Of a stretch of 64,000 bases of DNA, positions 36,455 through 49,399 are shown in pieces (position 1 is the first letter of the stretch; the number at the start of each line of letters is the position of its first letter). Source of the stretch: Macrostomum lignano (lineage: Eukaryota); assembly GCA_002269645.1 (NCBI GenBank), contig NIVC01001105.1, positions 24,334-88,333 of the forward strand, given 5' to 3'. The notes under the pieces were generated by a model. The model ran no database searches. It was not told the DNA's origin and saw only the letters and a list, made by a program, of their open reading frames with translations. Made by a program: the position numbers and the translations under genes.

Positions 36455-37412
36455 GAGAAGAGAGGGAGAGGGGAGAGAAGGAAGAGAGGGGAGAGGGGGA
36501 GAGAGTGAGAGGGGGAGAGGGGAGAGAGAGGGGAAAGGTGAGAGGTGGAGAGGGGAAAGGGGAGAGGGGGAGAGAGGGAAGAGAGGGGAGAGGGTGAGAG
36601 GGGGAGAGAGTGAGAGAGGGTAGAGAATCAAAGAGGGAGAGAGGGGAGAGAGGGGAGAGAGTGAGAGGGGGAGACGGGAGAGAGGGGAGAGAGGGGAGAG
36701 AGTGAGAGGGGGAGATGGGAGAGAGGGGAGAGAGGGGAGAGAATGAGAGGGGGAGAGGGGAGAGAGAGTGAGAGAGGGTAGAGAATCAAAGAGGGAGAGA
36801 GGGGAGAGAGGGGAGAGAGTGAGAGGGGGAGAGGAGAGAGGGGAGAGAGGGGAGAGAGTGAGAGGGGGAGATGGGAGAGAGGGGAGAGGGGGAGAGAGTG
36901 AGAGGGGAGAGGGGAGAGAGAGGAGAAAGGTGAGAGGTGGAGAGGGGAGAGGGGAGAGGGGGAGAGAGGGAAGAGAGGGGAGAGGGTGAGAGGGGAGAGA
37001 GTGAGAGAGGGTAGAGAATCAAAGAGGGAGAGAGGGAAGAAAGGGGAGAGAGTGAGAGGGGGAGAGGGGAGAGAGGGGAGAGAGGGAAAAAAGGGGAGAG
37101 AGTGAGAGGGGGAGAGGGGAGAGAGGGGAGAGAGGGAAAAAAGGGGAGAGAGTGAGAGGGGGAGAGGGAGAGAGGGGAGAGAGTGAGAGGGGAGAGGGAG
37201 AGAGGGGAGAGAGGGGAGAGAGGGGAGAGAGTGAGAGGGGAGAGGGGAGAGAGGGGAGAGGGAAGAAAGGGGAAAGAGTGAGAGGGGGAGAGGGAGAGAG
37301 GGGAGAGAGGGGAGAGAGTGAGAGGGGGAGAGGGGAGAGAGGGGAGAGAGGGGAGAAAGTGAGACGGGAAGATGAGAGAGAGGGGGAAGAAAGGGAGAGA
37401 GAAGGTGAGAAA
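36455..37412. repeat. Polypurine GA-rich degenerate satellite
   Basis: GGGGAGAGA-based units. Confidence 0.93.
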
Positions 37413-37964
37413 ATGAGAAGTCAGCAATCGCGCTACTCCAAATGGTTGGAGATTTTTCTATTTCTAAAAAGGGTTTGAATTCTCGCTTGAGTTCAAAGTT
37501 CTCAATTCAGCCTATTCAGATACTCAATACTCAACACCAGCCGACAAATGGAAGATTCAGCCTCACCTCCTTGACTTGCTGCTCCTAAAAGAGTGCATGC
37601 GTCTCTTATTTAAAAAAGGGCCAATTAGTGAAGACGACCGTTTTTTGTTCCGAGAGCCAGAGCAGAGGAGTCTTGAGCACAGGTCGATAGATTTGACAGA
37701 ATTCAGCTACTTTCAACTCATCTCCCCTCTCTTCTGCTTCTTGTATTGCTTCTGCCTCTGCCTGCTGCTTCTGCTAAATTCTTGCCCTATTGGAATCGCT
37801 GGCTTCTTTGATTGGCTTCTCGCGTCCTGCTTCTGTTTTGGCCTCAGCCATTGGCATTGGCAGTGGATGGAATTGTCAATGCGATGCCTCAACTTGCATC
37901 TGGAAATGAAATGTACTTTTATTAGTTTACACACTTTTTAGTTCGTTTCGGCCCAGGAAATCAA

Positions 37965-38475
37965 GTGGGAGAATGAGAGGGCTGGAGAGAGGGAGGGAAG
38001 GACGGAGAGGTGGAGCAGTGAGGAGAGGAGAGAGGAGAAAGAGGAGAGGAAAGATGAAAGAATAGAGAGGATAGACGAGAGAGGGAGAGCAAGGGAGGAG
38101 AGGGAGAGCAAGGGAGGAGAGGGAGAGCAAGGGAGGAGAGGGAGAGCAAGGGAGGAGAGGGAGAGCAAGGGAGGAGAGGGAGAGCAAGGGAGGAGAGGGA
38201 GGGAAAGGGAGGAGAGGGAGGGAAAGGGAGGAGAGGGAGGGAAAGGGAGGAGAGGGAGGGAAAGGGAGGAGAGGGAGGGAAAGGGAGGAGAGGGAGGGAA
38301 AGGGAGGAGAGGGAGGGAAAGGGAGAAGAGGGAGGGAAAGGGAGGAGAGGGAGGGAAAGGGAGGAGAGGGAGGGAAAGGGAGGAGAGGGAGGGAAAGGGA
38401 GGAGAGGGAGGGAAAGGAGGAGAGGAGGGAAAGGGAGGAGAGGGAGGGAAAGGGAGGAGAGGGAGGGAAAGGGAG
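37965..38475. repeat. 19-bp polypurine minisatellite GGGAAAGGGAGGAGAGGGA
   Basis: Directly visible. Confidence 0.93.
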
Positions 38476-39024
38476 AACACTGGATCGAACAGAGTCCAAG
38501 TGTCTGAGCTCAGCGGGAATTGATGAATTCAGTTAAAATGGATTCAAATCTGCGCCAGAATCGGTACACGCTCCGGCCGCAAGTCCTCGGGCTGTTTAGA
38601 AAAAGTCTTTTAGCTTTATATTTTAGCTTTAAACAGCCTTGCCGTTCCCATTGAAGCCCTGCAGGCTTGCGCTATTGCAGTTCGCTTGTGAGCTTGTAGC
38701 ATGCAGTACGGGATGGACATCAAAGCTGCCCATTGATGTCTTTATCTAGCAAAATAACTGTCTGAATTGTCTTCTCCTCCAGTTTCTTGTCGCCCAAAAC
38801 TGTCTTGATTTAGTATTTCTGATTTTTTTCTCTACCTTTGCTACCTTTTGTTAGAACACTCTGGTCTCTGTGGCAACCGCTGGGCGACTTCAAATTGAGT
38901 TTTTGCTTTATTACAGCTCGCATTATGAATGAGTCTCCATTTCTTCCCTGCACTTTTCTTTCCTCTCTGGCTCCATCATTCTTATCATCATCCTTTCCCT
39001 ACAACACCTACTCTCTCTATCCTT

Positions 39025-39605
39025 ATCTTCTCTCCTCTCCCCTCTTTCCTCTCTCTCCTTGCCTATCTCCTCTCTCCTCTCTCCTCTCTCTCTACTCTCT
39101 CCTCTCTCCTCTCTCCTCTCTCTCCTCTCTCTCCTCTCTCCTCTCTCCTCTCTCTCCTCTCTCTCCTCTCTCTCCTCTCTCCTCTCTCCTCTCTCTCCTC
39201 TCTCCTCTCTCCTCTCTCCTCTCTCCTCCGGTCTCTCCTCTCTCCTCTCTCTCCTCTCTCCTCTCTCCTCCGCTCTCTCCTCTCTCCTCCCCTCTCCTCT
39301 CTCCTCTCTCCATTCTCCTCCCCTCTCTCCTCTCTCCTCTCTCCTCCGCTCTCTCCTCTCTCCTCCCCTCTCCTCTCTCCTCTCTCCATTCTCCTCCCCT
39401 CTCTCCTCTCTCCTCTCTCCTCCCCTCTCTCCTCTCTCCTCCCCTCTCTCCCCTCTCCTCTCTCTCCTCTCTCTCCTCTCCCTTCTCTCCTCTCTCCTCT
39501 CCTCTCTCCTCCCCTCTCTCCTCTCTCGTCCCACCTCTCTTTTTCTCCCCTCTCCTCTCCTCCCCTCCCCTCACTTCTCCCTTTCTCCTCTGTCTTTTCT
39601 CTTCT
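39025..39605. repeat. Polypyrimidine CTCTCCT satellite
   Basis: Directly visible; ends about 30 bp before the LINE target site. Confidence 0.93.
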
Positions 39606-39648
39606 CTCCCCTTAATCTCCCATCCTTGTCTATACTGCCCACCCACTC

Positions 39649-39891
39649 GCACGCGAAGGCGTATTCAGCATGCCAGTGAAGTATGAGACAGACTAGGCCC
39701 ATGGGCTAAGGTCTGCGATGCTTCACGCCTGCCCCTATCTTCAGCAGGTCAAGGCTGGTGGGAGGTCTGCACCCTCTATTTGCCTCTGGCAGCCGCAGAC
39801 CCCCCCCCACGCTGTCTCGCAAGTCGACCCAGGGTACTCGTCCCCGCGTGTGTTCAAGGCAGTCCCTAGGGCTGCTGGACAGACTGGGCTC
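39649..39891 (+). ncRNA. HDV-like self-cleaving ribozyme at the LINE 5' end
   Basis: P1 GCACGCG (39649-55) / CGCGTGT (39845-51) with first G.U wobble; P2 GACCCA / TGGG(C)TC; P3 GGG/CCC; L3 TACTCGT; P1.1 AC/GT; P4 hairpin 39854-39879; J4/2 CAGAC with candidate catalytic C39880. Confidence 0.8.
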
Positions 39892-40166
39892 CGGCGCTGG
39901 CGACCCTATCCAGTGGCTTCGGCCGAATTTGGGTATGCGGGTCTGGCTCGCCAACCTGCAGGCCGTGGTACTGCTCAACGTACTCTCTAATGCCTAAGGT
40001 GTTGACCGTGCCGATGGGCTGGAAGGCCGGGGAGTAGTCCGGTCGCAAGCGGTCCCCCTCCTGGTGTCGGGCCAGCCTTGAGGGTGCTATTGGCCTACTG
40101 CCCGGTCAGGTGGAGCGGCCGGGTGGGTACCGCGCCCCTTTGAGGGTAGCCCACCAACCTTTTATC

Positions 40167-41687
40167 ATGGCCTTCGAGCCGACTATGGATAAACAAGCTA
40201 TTTCTAGGGACGGGGACCCTTCTAAACCCCAACCTCAGTCCGAAGGACCGGCCGGCCCTGCTGGCAGATCCCAACCGACTGATTCAACTGTGGCAAAGGA
40301 AGGACCGGCTGGCTCTGCTGGCAGATCCGACCAGAGCTACCAAACTCAAAATACCCTAAGACCTGCCAGCTCCGCTGGTGGATCTAAGGGAACCGCGAGC
40401 TCTGAGCCTAAAGGACCGGCCAAATCTGGCAGATCCGATGAAGCTCAGCGGGCTCGGCTTGAGCGCAAACGCGCTAAACAACGCGCCAAAAGGCAGGCCA
40501 AGAAGGGAGCTGCGGGGGCCAAAGCGGCGGCGTCCACCATGGATGCTGAAGCGACTGGAGTCCCAAGGCAACCAGGCGGGCCGGCCGGTGGAAGCTCCAG
40601 TAGTTCAGCGGCGGCGCTCCCTGGAGCTGCTGCCGCGGCTGCTGAGGCCGAAACCACGGCGCAACAAATGGCCACTGCCAACAAGGAGGTTCCTTCGGGA
40701 GCTACCTTTGCGGCGAAGGCCAAGGCCAAAATCCCGGGAGTGATCATCCAAGGTCGCGACCAGGACTGGACCACTGATCAGCTTCAAAAAGTGTGGAGTG
40801 CTGTTGACTCCTATCTGATTGAGCTGACTGTCGAGGAGGGAATCTCCATCGGCGTTGAGCGGATGGTGCTGCGAAGCACATTCGTTCTTATTGCTCCTAG
40901 CAGCGAGGAGGACGCTCGGCGGCTGCTCCAGCGGCTACCGACGGTCTCCTTGGATGCTGACCTTGGCGGAGCTCTTTTTCTTCGCGAGGGCCAGCGTCCA
41001 AAGACGATACCCTATGTGGTTTTCGTCCCTGCTAAGAGCACCGCAGCTGGACCAGACGTTATTCGCCGGGTCCTACTGCGTCTGAACCCCGACCTCCCTG
41101 CTAGTGGACTGGTGTATCACCGTAAAGTCCGCAGGGGGGAGACGGGCAACTCAATTGTCCTCGGCCTTTCCAGCACTTGGGCGAGTCGGTACCCTAATGG
41201 ATCCTCTTTCCAGCTGGGTGCCCTCAAGCTCAAGTTGCGCCGAGGAAAGTCTGCCAAAGGGAAGGCTACTGCCAACCCCGGCATCTCCGGCAAGAGCGGG
41301 GCGCAGTCTAAGGCCCAAGGAAAGGCGCAAGCCGATCCCAAAGCCAAAGCTGCATCTCGCCCCTCTGCTAGCAGCAGTTCGGCGACCGCGGTAACGGCTC
41401 CGGCCAAGCCCCGGGAACCAAACCTGCCAGTCGGAGAAGGAGTTGAGGACGAGGCCGGGTCTTCGGAATCCGAGCTCTCCTCGGCCACCTTGGTGGGGTC
41501 TGAAGGTAAAGATGCAGGTGAGGAAGCTTCCTCCATCCTGTCATCGGAGCCTGAGGACTCTGCTGGGGGGCCGGTGGGGGTGAGGAGGCCATGGACGTCG
41601 ACCAACTCCCATCTCCCAGTCAAGCCCCAGCGGCCTGGGACGAGGACGATCTGTTGTCCAAGTCTCCTTGATGGCCCTGGGCTCTAG
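40167..41687 (+). CDS. LINE ORF1 (nucleic-acid-binding/chaperone protein); probable frameshift near 41575
   Basis: ATG at 40167; basic and low-complexity N-terminus, globular middle, acidic tail; position upstream of ORF2; no CCHC knuckle seen. Confidence 0.75.
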   Translation: MAFEPTMDKQAISRDGDPSKPQPQSEGPAGPAGRSQPTDSTVAKEGPAGSAGRSDQSYQTQNTLRPASSAGGSKGTASSEPKGPAKSGRSDEAQRARLERKRAKQRAKRQAKKGAAGAKAAASTMDAEATGVPRQPGGPAGGSSSSSAAALPGAAAAAAEAETTAQQMATANKEVPSGATFAAKAKAKIPGVIIQGRDQDWTTDQLQKVWSAVDSYLIELTVEEGISIGVERMVLRSTFVLIAPSSEEDARRLLQRLPTVSLDADLGGALFLREGQRPKTIPYVVFVPAKSTAAGPDVIRRVLLRLNPDLPASGLVYHRKVRRGETGNSIVLGLSSTWASRYPNGSSFQLGALKLKLRRGKSAKGKATANPGISGKSGAQSKAQGKAQADPKAKAASRPSASSSSATAVTAPAKPREPNLPVGEGVEDEAGSSESELSSATLVGSEGKDAGEEASSILSSEPEDSAGGPVGVRRPWTSTNSHLPVKPQRPGTRTICCPSLLDGPGL

Positions 41688-41710
41688 CCAGATATTGCAT
41701 TTAATACAGT

Positions 41711-44700
41711 ATGACTAAGCTCCACGCTGCCAAAGGAGCGACATTCTGTCTGCAAATAAATTTACAGCATTGCGTATCTGCGTCAGTAAATCTGATGAAG
41801 ATTGCTGAGCTGTACAGGCCAGGCCTCATCCTGATCCAGGAACCCTGGATGCGCAACGGTAAGTTGCCCAACATTCCCTCTGGCTACTCTGATTTTTATG
41901 TGTGTGGCCCGGGGAACAGCCGCCCTAGAGCGGCTATCCTCGCTGCTAGCCATCTCCAGGCTTGGCTGAGGACTGATCTCTCTGATGGAGACCTTTGCGT
42001 CATCCAATCTAATCATTTCTCTCCGCGTACGTGTCTTGTTGCCTCGGTTTATATCCCAGGCGACAGAGACCCTGCTCCGAGAGTTTACTGCGCCTTGCGC
42101 AGTACTGCGAGTCCCAGAACGCTGAGCTGTGCTTAGGGGGCGACCTCAACGCGCACCACAAGCACTGGGGCAGCAAAGATACCAACACTAGAGGAGAGGA
42201 GCTTCTGGCCCTCATCTCTAACACAAACCTCATGCTCTGCAACCGCGGCAGCACTCCTACCTTTAATAATGGCAGATGGACCGAGGTCCTCGACGCCACA
42301 CTCGTTACCCCAAGACTCTTTGACAGAGTCAAGGAGTGGAGAGTCTGGTCTGAGGAGCCCTCCCTGTCTGACCACTGCTTTATCGCCTTTAATATCGCGG
42401 ACACTAAAACCCAGTCTCCGATCACTTGGAGACGCAATATCCGCAACACTGATTGGGCGGCCTACAAGGCTGCCCTTGATCTGCACCTGCAGGAACTCAC
42501 GGACTTACGTCCGATTGAGACCTGCGAGGATGTGGATCATATGGCTGAGACGCTGACAGGTTGCATTATTGCAGCCTACGAAGCGGCTTGTCCTGCTCGC
42601 GCCTACAGAGGCAAGACCTCGGCGCCGTGGTGGAACCCGGAGCTGGGGAAACTCAGGCGGAAGGCCAAAAGCCTTCATCGCCGTGCCATGAAGACCGGAA
42701 ACCCGGAGGACATGGAGCTTTTCCGGCAAGCCTCCCGCAATTTCAAATCTGAAGTGCGCAAGGCCAAGGAATGTAAGTGGCGCCAATTCTGCAATGAATT
42801 GGATCAAGACAGACCTACTTCTAGGCTTGTCAAGGCCCTTACAATGGACAAAATGTCCAAATTAGCCATGATCAAAAAAGATGATGGCTCTCTTACTAAA
42901 GACCCTGAAGAAGTGCTTCAGCATATGCTTAGCACATTCTTCCCGAGGGTACCTACTGCTAGACCGGAGCCCAACCATTCGATGGATGGAGCCACCCTAG
43001 CGGCGGGCATTGTCACTGAAGACCTAATCGCTCGTGCGGTCAGAACCTTCAAACCCTTCAAATCTCCTGGACCTGATGGTATCTACCCTGTTCTCCTTCG
43101 TGAAGCAGCCAAGATACCCTCGTTCCTGAGACTCACCCGCAATCTTATGCGGGCCTCTATCCAGCTGGGATACGTTCCCAAAAGCTGGACTGAAGCTCGA
43201 GTAGTCTTTATTCCCAAACCTGGGAAGGGTGACTACCAAAGCGTCAAGGCCTTCCGGCCAATTAGCTTAACGTCAGCAATGCTTAAGCTCACTGAGAGGC
43301 TTATTCTCTGGCGGCTGCTCTCCTGCGAGCTGACAGCGATGCCCCTCAGCAATAATCAGCACGCCTTCCGTACCGGGAGGTCGACTGACAGCGCCCTGCA
43401 TGCGATTGTCGAAAAGATTGAACGGGCGGTACTGGGTGACGGTTACGCCCTGGCTCTCTTTCTTGACATTGTTGGCGCCTTCGACAACGTTATCTTTGAA
43501 GCGTTTCAGAGGGCCCTTCAAAATCGCAAAGCTCATGCTACCCTCATACGGTGGATCATGTACATGATCTCCAACCGTACGGTCACTGCCCAACTTCTTG
43601 GGCAAACTGCCTCCACCAGAGTCTGTAAGGGTGGACCCCAAGGCGGAGTCCTCACCCCGACGCTCTGGAACCTGGTCATGGACGCTCTTCTGAGTGACTC
43701 CCGACCTGACCCCGTCTTCAAAGTCGGGTATGCTGATGACGTCACGGCCATTGTGGCAGGACCGTCTCCCAGCACGCTCAGGGATCTGATGCAGAGCTTT
43801 ATCCGCAAAGCAGAATCCTGGGCCAATGACAATGGTTTGGAACTCTCTGAGCCCAAAACCGTTGCCATTATGTTTACCAGCAGACTACGCTGGAACATAC
43901 GTCCTCTGCAGCTCTACGGCAGAGATATTGCCTTCGCGCACCAGACCAGATGTCTCGGGGTCACACTTGACCACCGGCTCAACTGGTCCTTCCACGTGAA
44001 AGCAAAAGCTAAGCGTGCCTCAGCCATCCTGGCCCAGCTCCGACGAGCACTTGGCACTTCTTGGGGTCTATCCCCAAAGCGGCTTTGGTGGATCTATACT
44101 TCCGTAGTTAGACCTGCCATTACGTACGCCTCTGTTGTCTGGGTTAGCGCTACCCAGGTCAAAAGCCATGCAGACCTGCTCAACACGATCCAAGGCAGAG
44201 CGTGTAGGCTCATCTGCAACGCCACCAGGTCCACGCCCTTTGCTGGCATGGGGGCCTTTCTTAATCTTCCGCCTCTTGACCTCTTCATCAGGGGTGAGGC
44301 GGCTAGAACGACGCGGCGTCTAATTGATGCCGGCGTCAAATTCATTTACATGAGAGCACCTGCTAAGCGGAACCTTGTCCCGCATAGCGATCTGTGCCTC
44401 AACTTTCTCAACGAGTGTCAGGCCAATCGCGTCTTCACCGATGGCATTGCCTCAACGCTCAACCTGAGACAGCGCTACTCCGTAGCTATCGACTCGCGCG
44501 ATAACATCAATGACCATTGGAACCCTGGTGAGCTTCATTGCTACACCGACGGTTCTAAGCAGTCAGCCAACACCGGCTTTGGTGTTGGAATCTTTCTGAA
44601 CGGGAGGGTCATCGCTACCCACGCTCAATACACTGGGGTCAACTCCAGTGTTTTCCAAAATGAAGTTCTGGCCATCAGCTCCTGCACTGCAGAGCTTCTC

Positions 44701-45447
44701 GCCACTGGCGTTACTGGTAAGAACATCATTTTCCATTCGGACAGCCAAGCTGCCTTGCACGCCATCAGTGGCTGCAGCACCAACTCTGCTACAGTCCTTG
44801 ACTGTATCAAACTCCTCAATGTGTTGGGTTCCGCCAACAAAATTACCCTTAAGTGGGTTCCGGGGCATGTGGGGATCCGAGGAAATGAGTTGGCTGACAC
44901 CCTTGCAAAAGTTGGTGCCTCCGGCTCCTCTCTCGGCCCCGAACCTCTTGTCCCGATTCCTGGCTGTGTCATCGACTCGCGCATCAAAGCGTGGATCAGG
45001 ACCAGCACCGCTCGACTTGGGCGAACGCACTACTGCAGGCAATCCAGAGGCGCTGTCCCTCAGCCCTCTCACCAGCTCCGGAAGCTCCTCTTGCGCCTCT
45101 CGCGCAGAGACATCCGGGCTGCCACCATGACCCTCTCTGGTCACGGCTGCTTCTCCAGGCACCAGTACCTGCAGGGCAACGCCACCAACGCCACCTGTAG
45201 TTTCTGCAACTCAGGTGACGAAACCGCTGAGCATTTCGTCAGCATCTGTCCCGCCTTCACGCGGGCCAGACTCACTTACCTCGGGCCACACACATCTATT
45301 ACTGAAGCGTGCAAACCCGAAAACTTTAATCAGCTCATGCGCTACCTTCGGGCCACCCGCAGGGCTGAACTCTCCTTTCCAGAGAGCACCATAGCTGCTG
45401 GCGACACTGGGGGACCTCCCTGGGCGGCGCCAACCCTCCGTCCATAG
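41711..45447 (+). CDS. LINE ORF2 (APE endonuclease, RT, RNase H, CCHC) with a -1 frameshift near 42078
   Basis: QINLQH / IQEPW / GDLNAHH / SDH (APE); GPDG, FRPISL, FLDIVGAFD, PQGGVLTP, YADD (RT); YTDGSK, NEVLAI, SDSQAAL, WVPGHVGIRGNELAD (RNase H); CSFC..ETAEHFVSIC. Confidence 0.93.
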
Positions 45448-46394
45448 CGACGCGTCGGCCGTTCAGGGACTAGCGGAATGGGCGCCCGCGCCTTCCCGCT
45501 GTGTCCCCTCCGGGACAGCCCTGCAGCTAAGTCAAGTCAAGCCCACCCACTCTTATATTTATCCCCTTCATATCTATCCCTCTTCCGCTATGCATTTCGT
45601 GTGGCGATGCTCTAGGTGGTGGGTGCACTTCTTTGAGTTTTGTCACTACTGATAGGGCCAATTAGTTTTTGCCTGTCTAATGTGCATTTTAATTGCTTAT
45701 CATTTCTTGCAGGGTTTAGAAAATCATTAATAATTAATTAGTCAAAACGAAAAGACGGACCAGAAGATCTGCTGTTGTATTTTTCTACAATTTTCGCGAC
45801 AGTTTTTTTGCACTTAACTCTTCCACGCCTTCATCTATCTTATCTCGCAGCCTCCCCTGCCAGGATCTCCCATGGTCACTTCCCAGTTCGCTGACATTTT
45901 CGGGAAATGCACATAAAATATTTTTTTACGAGTGCAAAACTATAGGCGTAGTTGGTCCGGCTGCCAAACTCTCATCCCAATTCTTACCAATCCCGATATG
46001 CTCCCGTAGCAGCAGAATTTGAATCGATCTCCATCCGTGGCTTCATTAGGCAGGGACGGGGGAGCAGTGAGGGACAGAGCATGGCATTAATCAAGGGCAT
46101 CTCGAGATCTGCACTGGCTGCTCAGCTGAGCATTCTGTTCCTCCTCTTCCTCCGGTTATTTTCGGCTTGAAAAAATCCGAGATTCTCCTGGCAGATTTCT
46201 GGGGGAATTTTGAGATTATATTCTATTCAAACGCTTTGAGACGGACGGATCAAGTTTTTTTCTGGGTCGAAGATAAAAAATGAAAATGATACGGGTAGAC
46301 ACTCGACCCATAGCGCTCGGACCATAAAACTGCTTATAGGCCACTGATGAAGAATAAGCACAGCATTGCTCAGCTGCTGCGAAAGTAGTTTCAG

Positions 46395-47254
<860 letters not shown>

Positions 47255-47468
47255 GGGCAAACACTCGGTAGTTCGGGCAGCAATTGATCTGGAACTGGTG
47301 GCGCCTGCGCTATCTTGACTGACAGCTTCATGGCGCCAGTGAAAAAAATTGTGACTTCAGAAACAGAACGTAGACGGGATTTAGAGAAAGATGGCCCAGG
47401 AGATTAAGCAAATAAACCAATGATAACGTCTGCTAAAGGCAAGAAATAAGTTGTGAATAGAACTTCGA

Positions 47469-47765
<297 letters not shown>

Positions 47766-48434
47766 CAGACAAGCAAGCAGGCAGTGAAAAGCTGAATTCC
47801 CGCAGTCATCACGCAGTCTCCAGCGCATCAGTCAGTCCAGGATGCCCAACAAAGCTTTGTTGCGTCCTTCGCCGCCGCCTGGAAGGGCAGCGTTAAAAGC
47901 CTGCCAGGCGGGTCACTTTACTCCACCCCTCAAGCCATCTGTTTCAATTTTAATAGCGGCAACGCTACCTAATGGCCGAGGCCTGTCAAATTTGACTGAT
48001 TTATAAGTCCCCTTTAAGTGGAACCGCAGTTGCTAAGGGTAGCAAATGCCTCCAACCGCTACAAATTGCGCTGCTAAAAGACATTTTCTTTCCTGTCTGA
48101 AATTAACTGACTGCAGAAATTTTCCCGCTTTTGTGACAATAAAATGGCGCAGTTTTTGCTAACTACTTTACTGTCAGTAGGGCACAACGGTTTTCGTAGC
48201 TTGACTTTATTATTGTCCATTACTGGACAATTACTGTCCATTACTGGAATAATAGGGTATTAGTGCCTGAAATTTTGGCAGCACAAAGTGCATGTAACTG
48301 TTCTGTTTGTAAGAAATATTTATTGGCACTCCCTCTGGCCTGTAGTTTGTCTGCCCCCTGAAGCCATTTTGTCTCCCCCTTGAGCCAAGTTTGTCTGCCC
48401 CCTGAACCCGCTTTTCAGCTCAATATTCGGCGCC

Positions 48435-48748
48435 TCACTTCTACTCAAATTTCGGCGCCACTTCTACTCAAGTTTCGGTGCCAATCCTACTCAAATTTCG
48501 GCGCCAATCCTACTCAAGTTTCGGCGCCAATCCTACTCAAGTTTCGGCGCCAATCCTACTTAAGTTTCGGCGCCTCACTCATACTCAGTAATTAGCGCCT
48601 CACGCATACTCAGTAATTGGCGCCTCACTCATACCCAGTAATTGGCGCCTCACTCATACCCAGTAATTGGCGCCTCACTCATACCCAGTAATTGGCGCCT
48701 CACTCATACCCAATAATTGGCGCCTCACTCATACCCAGTAATTGGCAC
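48435..48748. repeat. Adjacent 23-bp and 25-bp GGCGCC-core minisatellites
   Basis: TTTCGGCGCCAATCCTACTCAAG followed by AATTGGCGCCTCACTCATACCCAGT. Confidence 0.9.
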
Positions 48749-49399
48749 CATTCAAGTGTTGATATCAGACTAACTACGGAAGTCTGTATGCTTGCAGTTG
48801 TGACTCATCGATGAGTTTGGGACATTCGAAAACTGAGCTCAGAGAGAGCTGATCAACTGTAGCTGAGTAGGCGAATCGAGCAATGCATTTGGGCGAAATC
48901 TCCTCTTTGTAAGTAATCCTCACTTTTGGCAACTTGACTTTCCCGCGTCTCTTTGCAACATTCTTGTTTTTGCTTTTCTTCTCTTCTTGCCGAAAGCGAC
49001 TTTTTGCTCGCGAGACCAGGAGCCAACAGGAGATTGGATTTCGCTGTTGCTGGGGTGTAGGTTACGGGCTTGATGGCAAGGGCCCGCGGGTCTCCATTAG
49101 TGTGAAAGCATTTGATGGTGCCTCGAGTTGCTCTAAGGGACGGTCCTACTTTTAGACCGCAACAGCGGACAGGGCGGCTATCCATGCACCATGTAGGACT
49201 TTTGATTGAAGAGATCTCACACTTCCGAGGTTGGGGCTTGTTTCTCTGTCCGGTAATCGAGTTAATACCCCATCCCTACGTGTATGTTTGTATCCTTATT
49301 TAATCTCATCCATTGCTGAGCGGTAATCCTTCCTGGCTGTCTCTGGTGCAGAAAATACAGGCACCAGCTTTGGACTTGATAAAGTCTCATGGCAGTCAG

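Larger units (their letters stand above)
39649..45540 (+). mobile_element. Full-length non-LTR retrotransposon (Loa/R1 group), 5892 bp
   Basis: Perfect 12-bp TSD GCCCACCCACTC (39637-39648, 45541-45552); ORF1 plus APE-RT-RNaseH-CCHC ORF2; short (AGTCA)n 3' tail. Confidence 0.93.

Noticed and set aside
39706-45200. Short antisense and alternate-frame ORFs within the LINE, ING, aquaporin and HS3ST
   Set aside because: Shadow ORFs of GC-rich coding sequence with no recognisable motifs.
48853-49185. 110-aa minus-strand ORF
   Set aside because: No domain similarity or convincing splice context; left unannotated.
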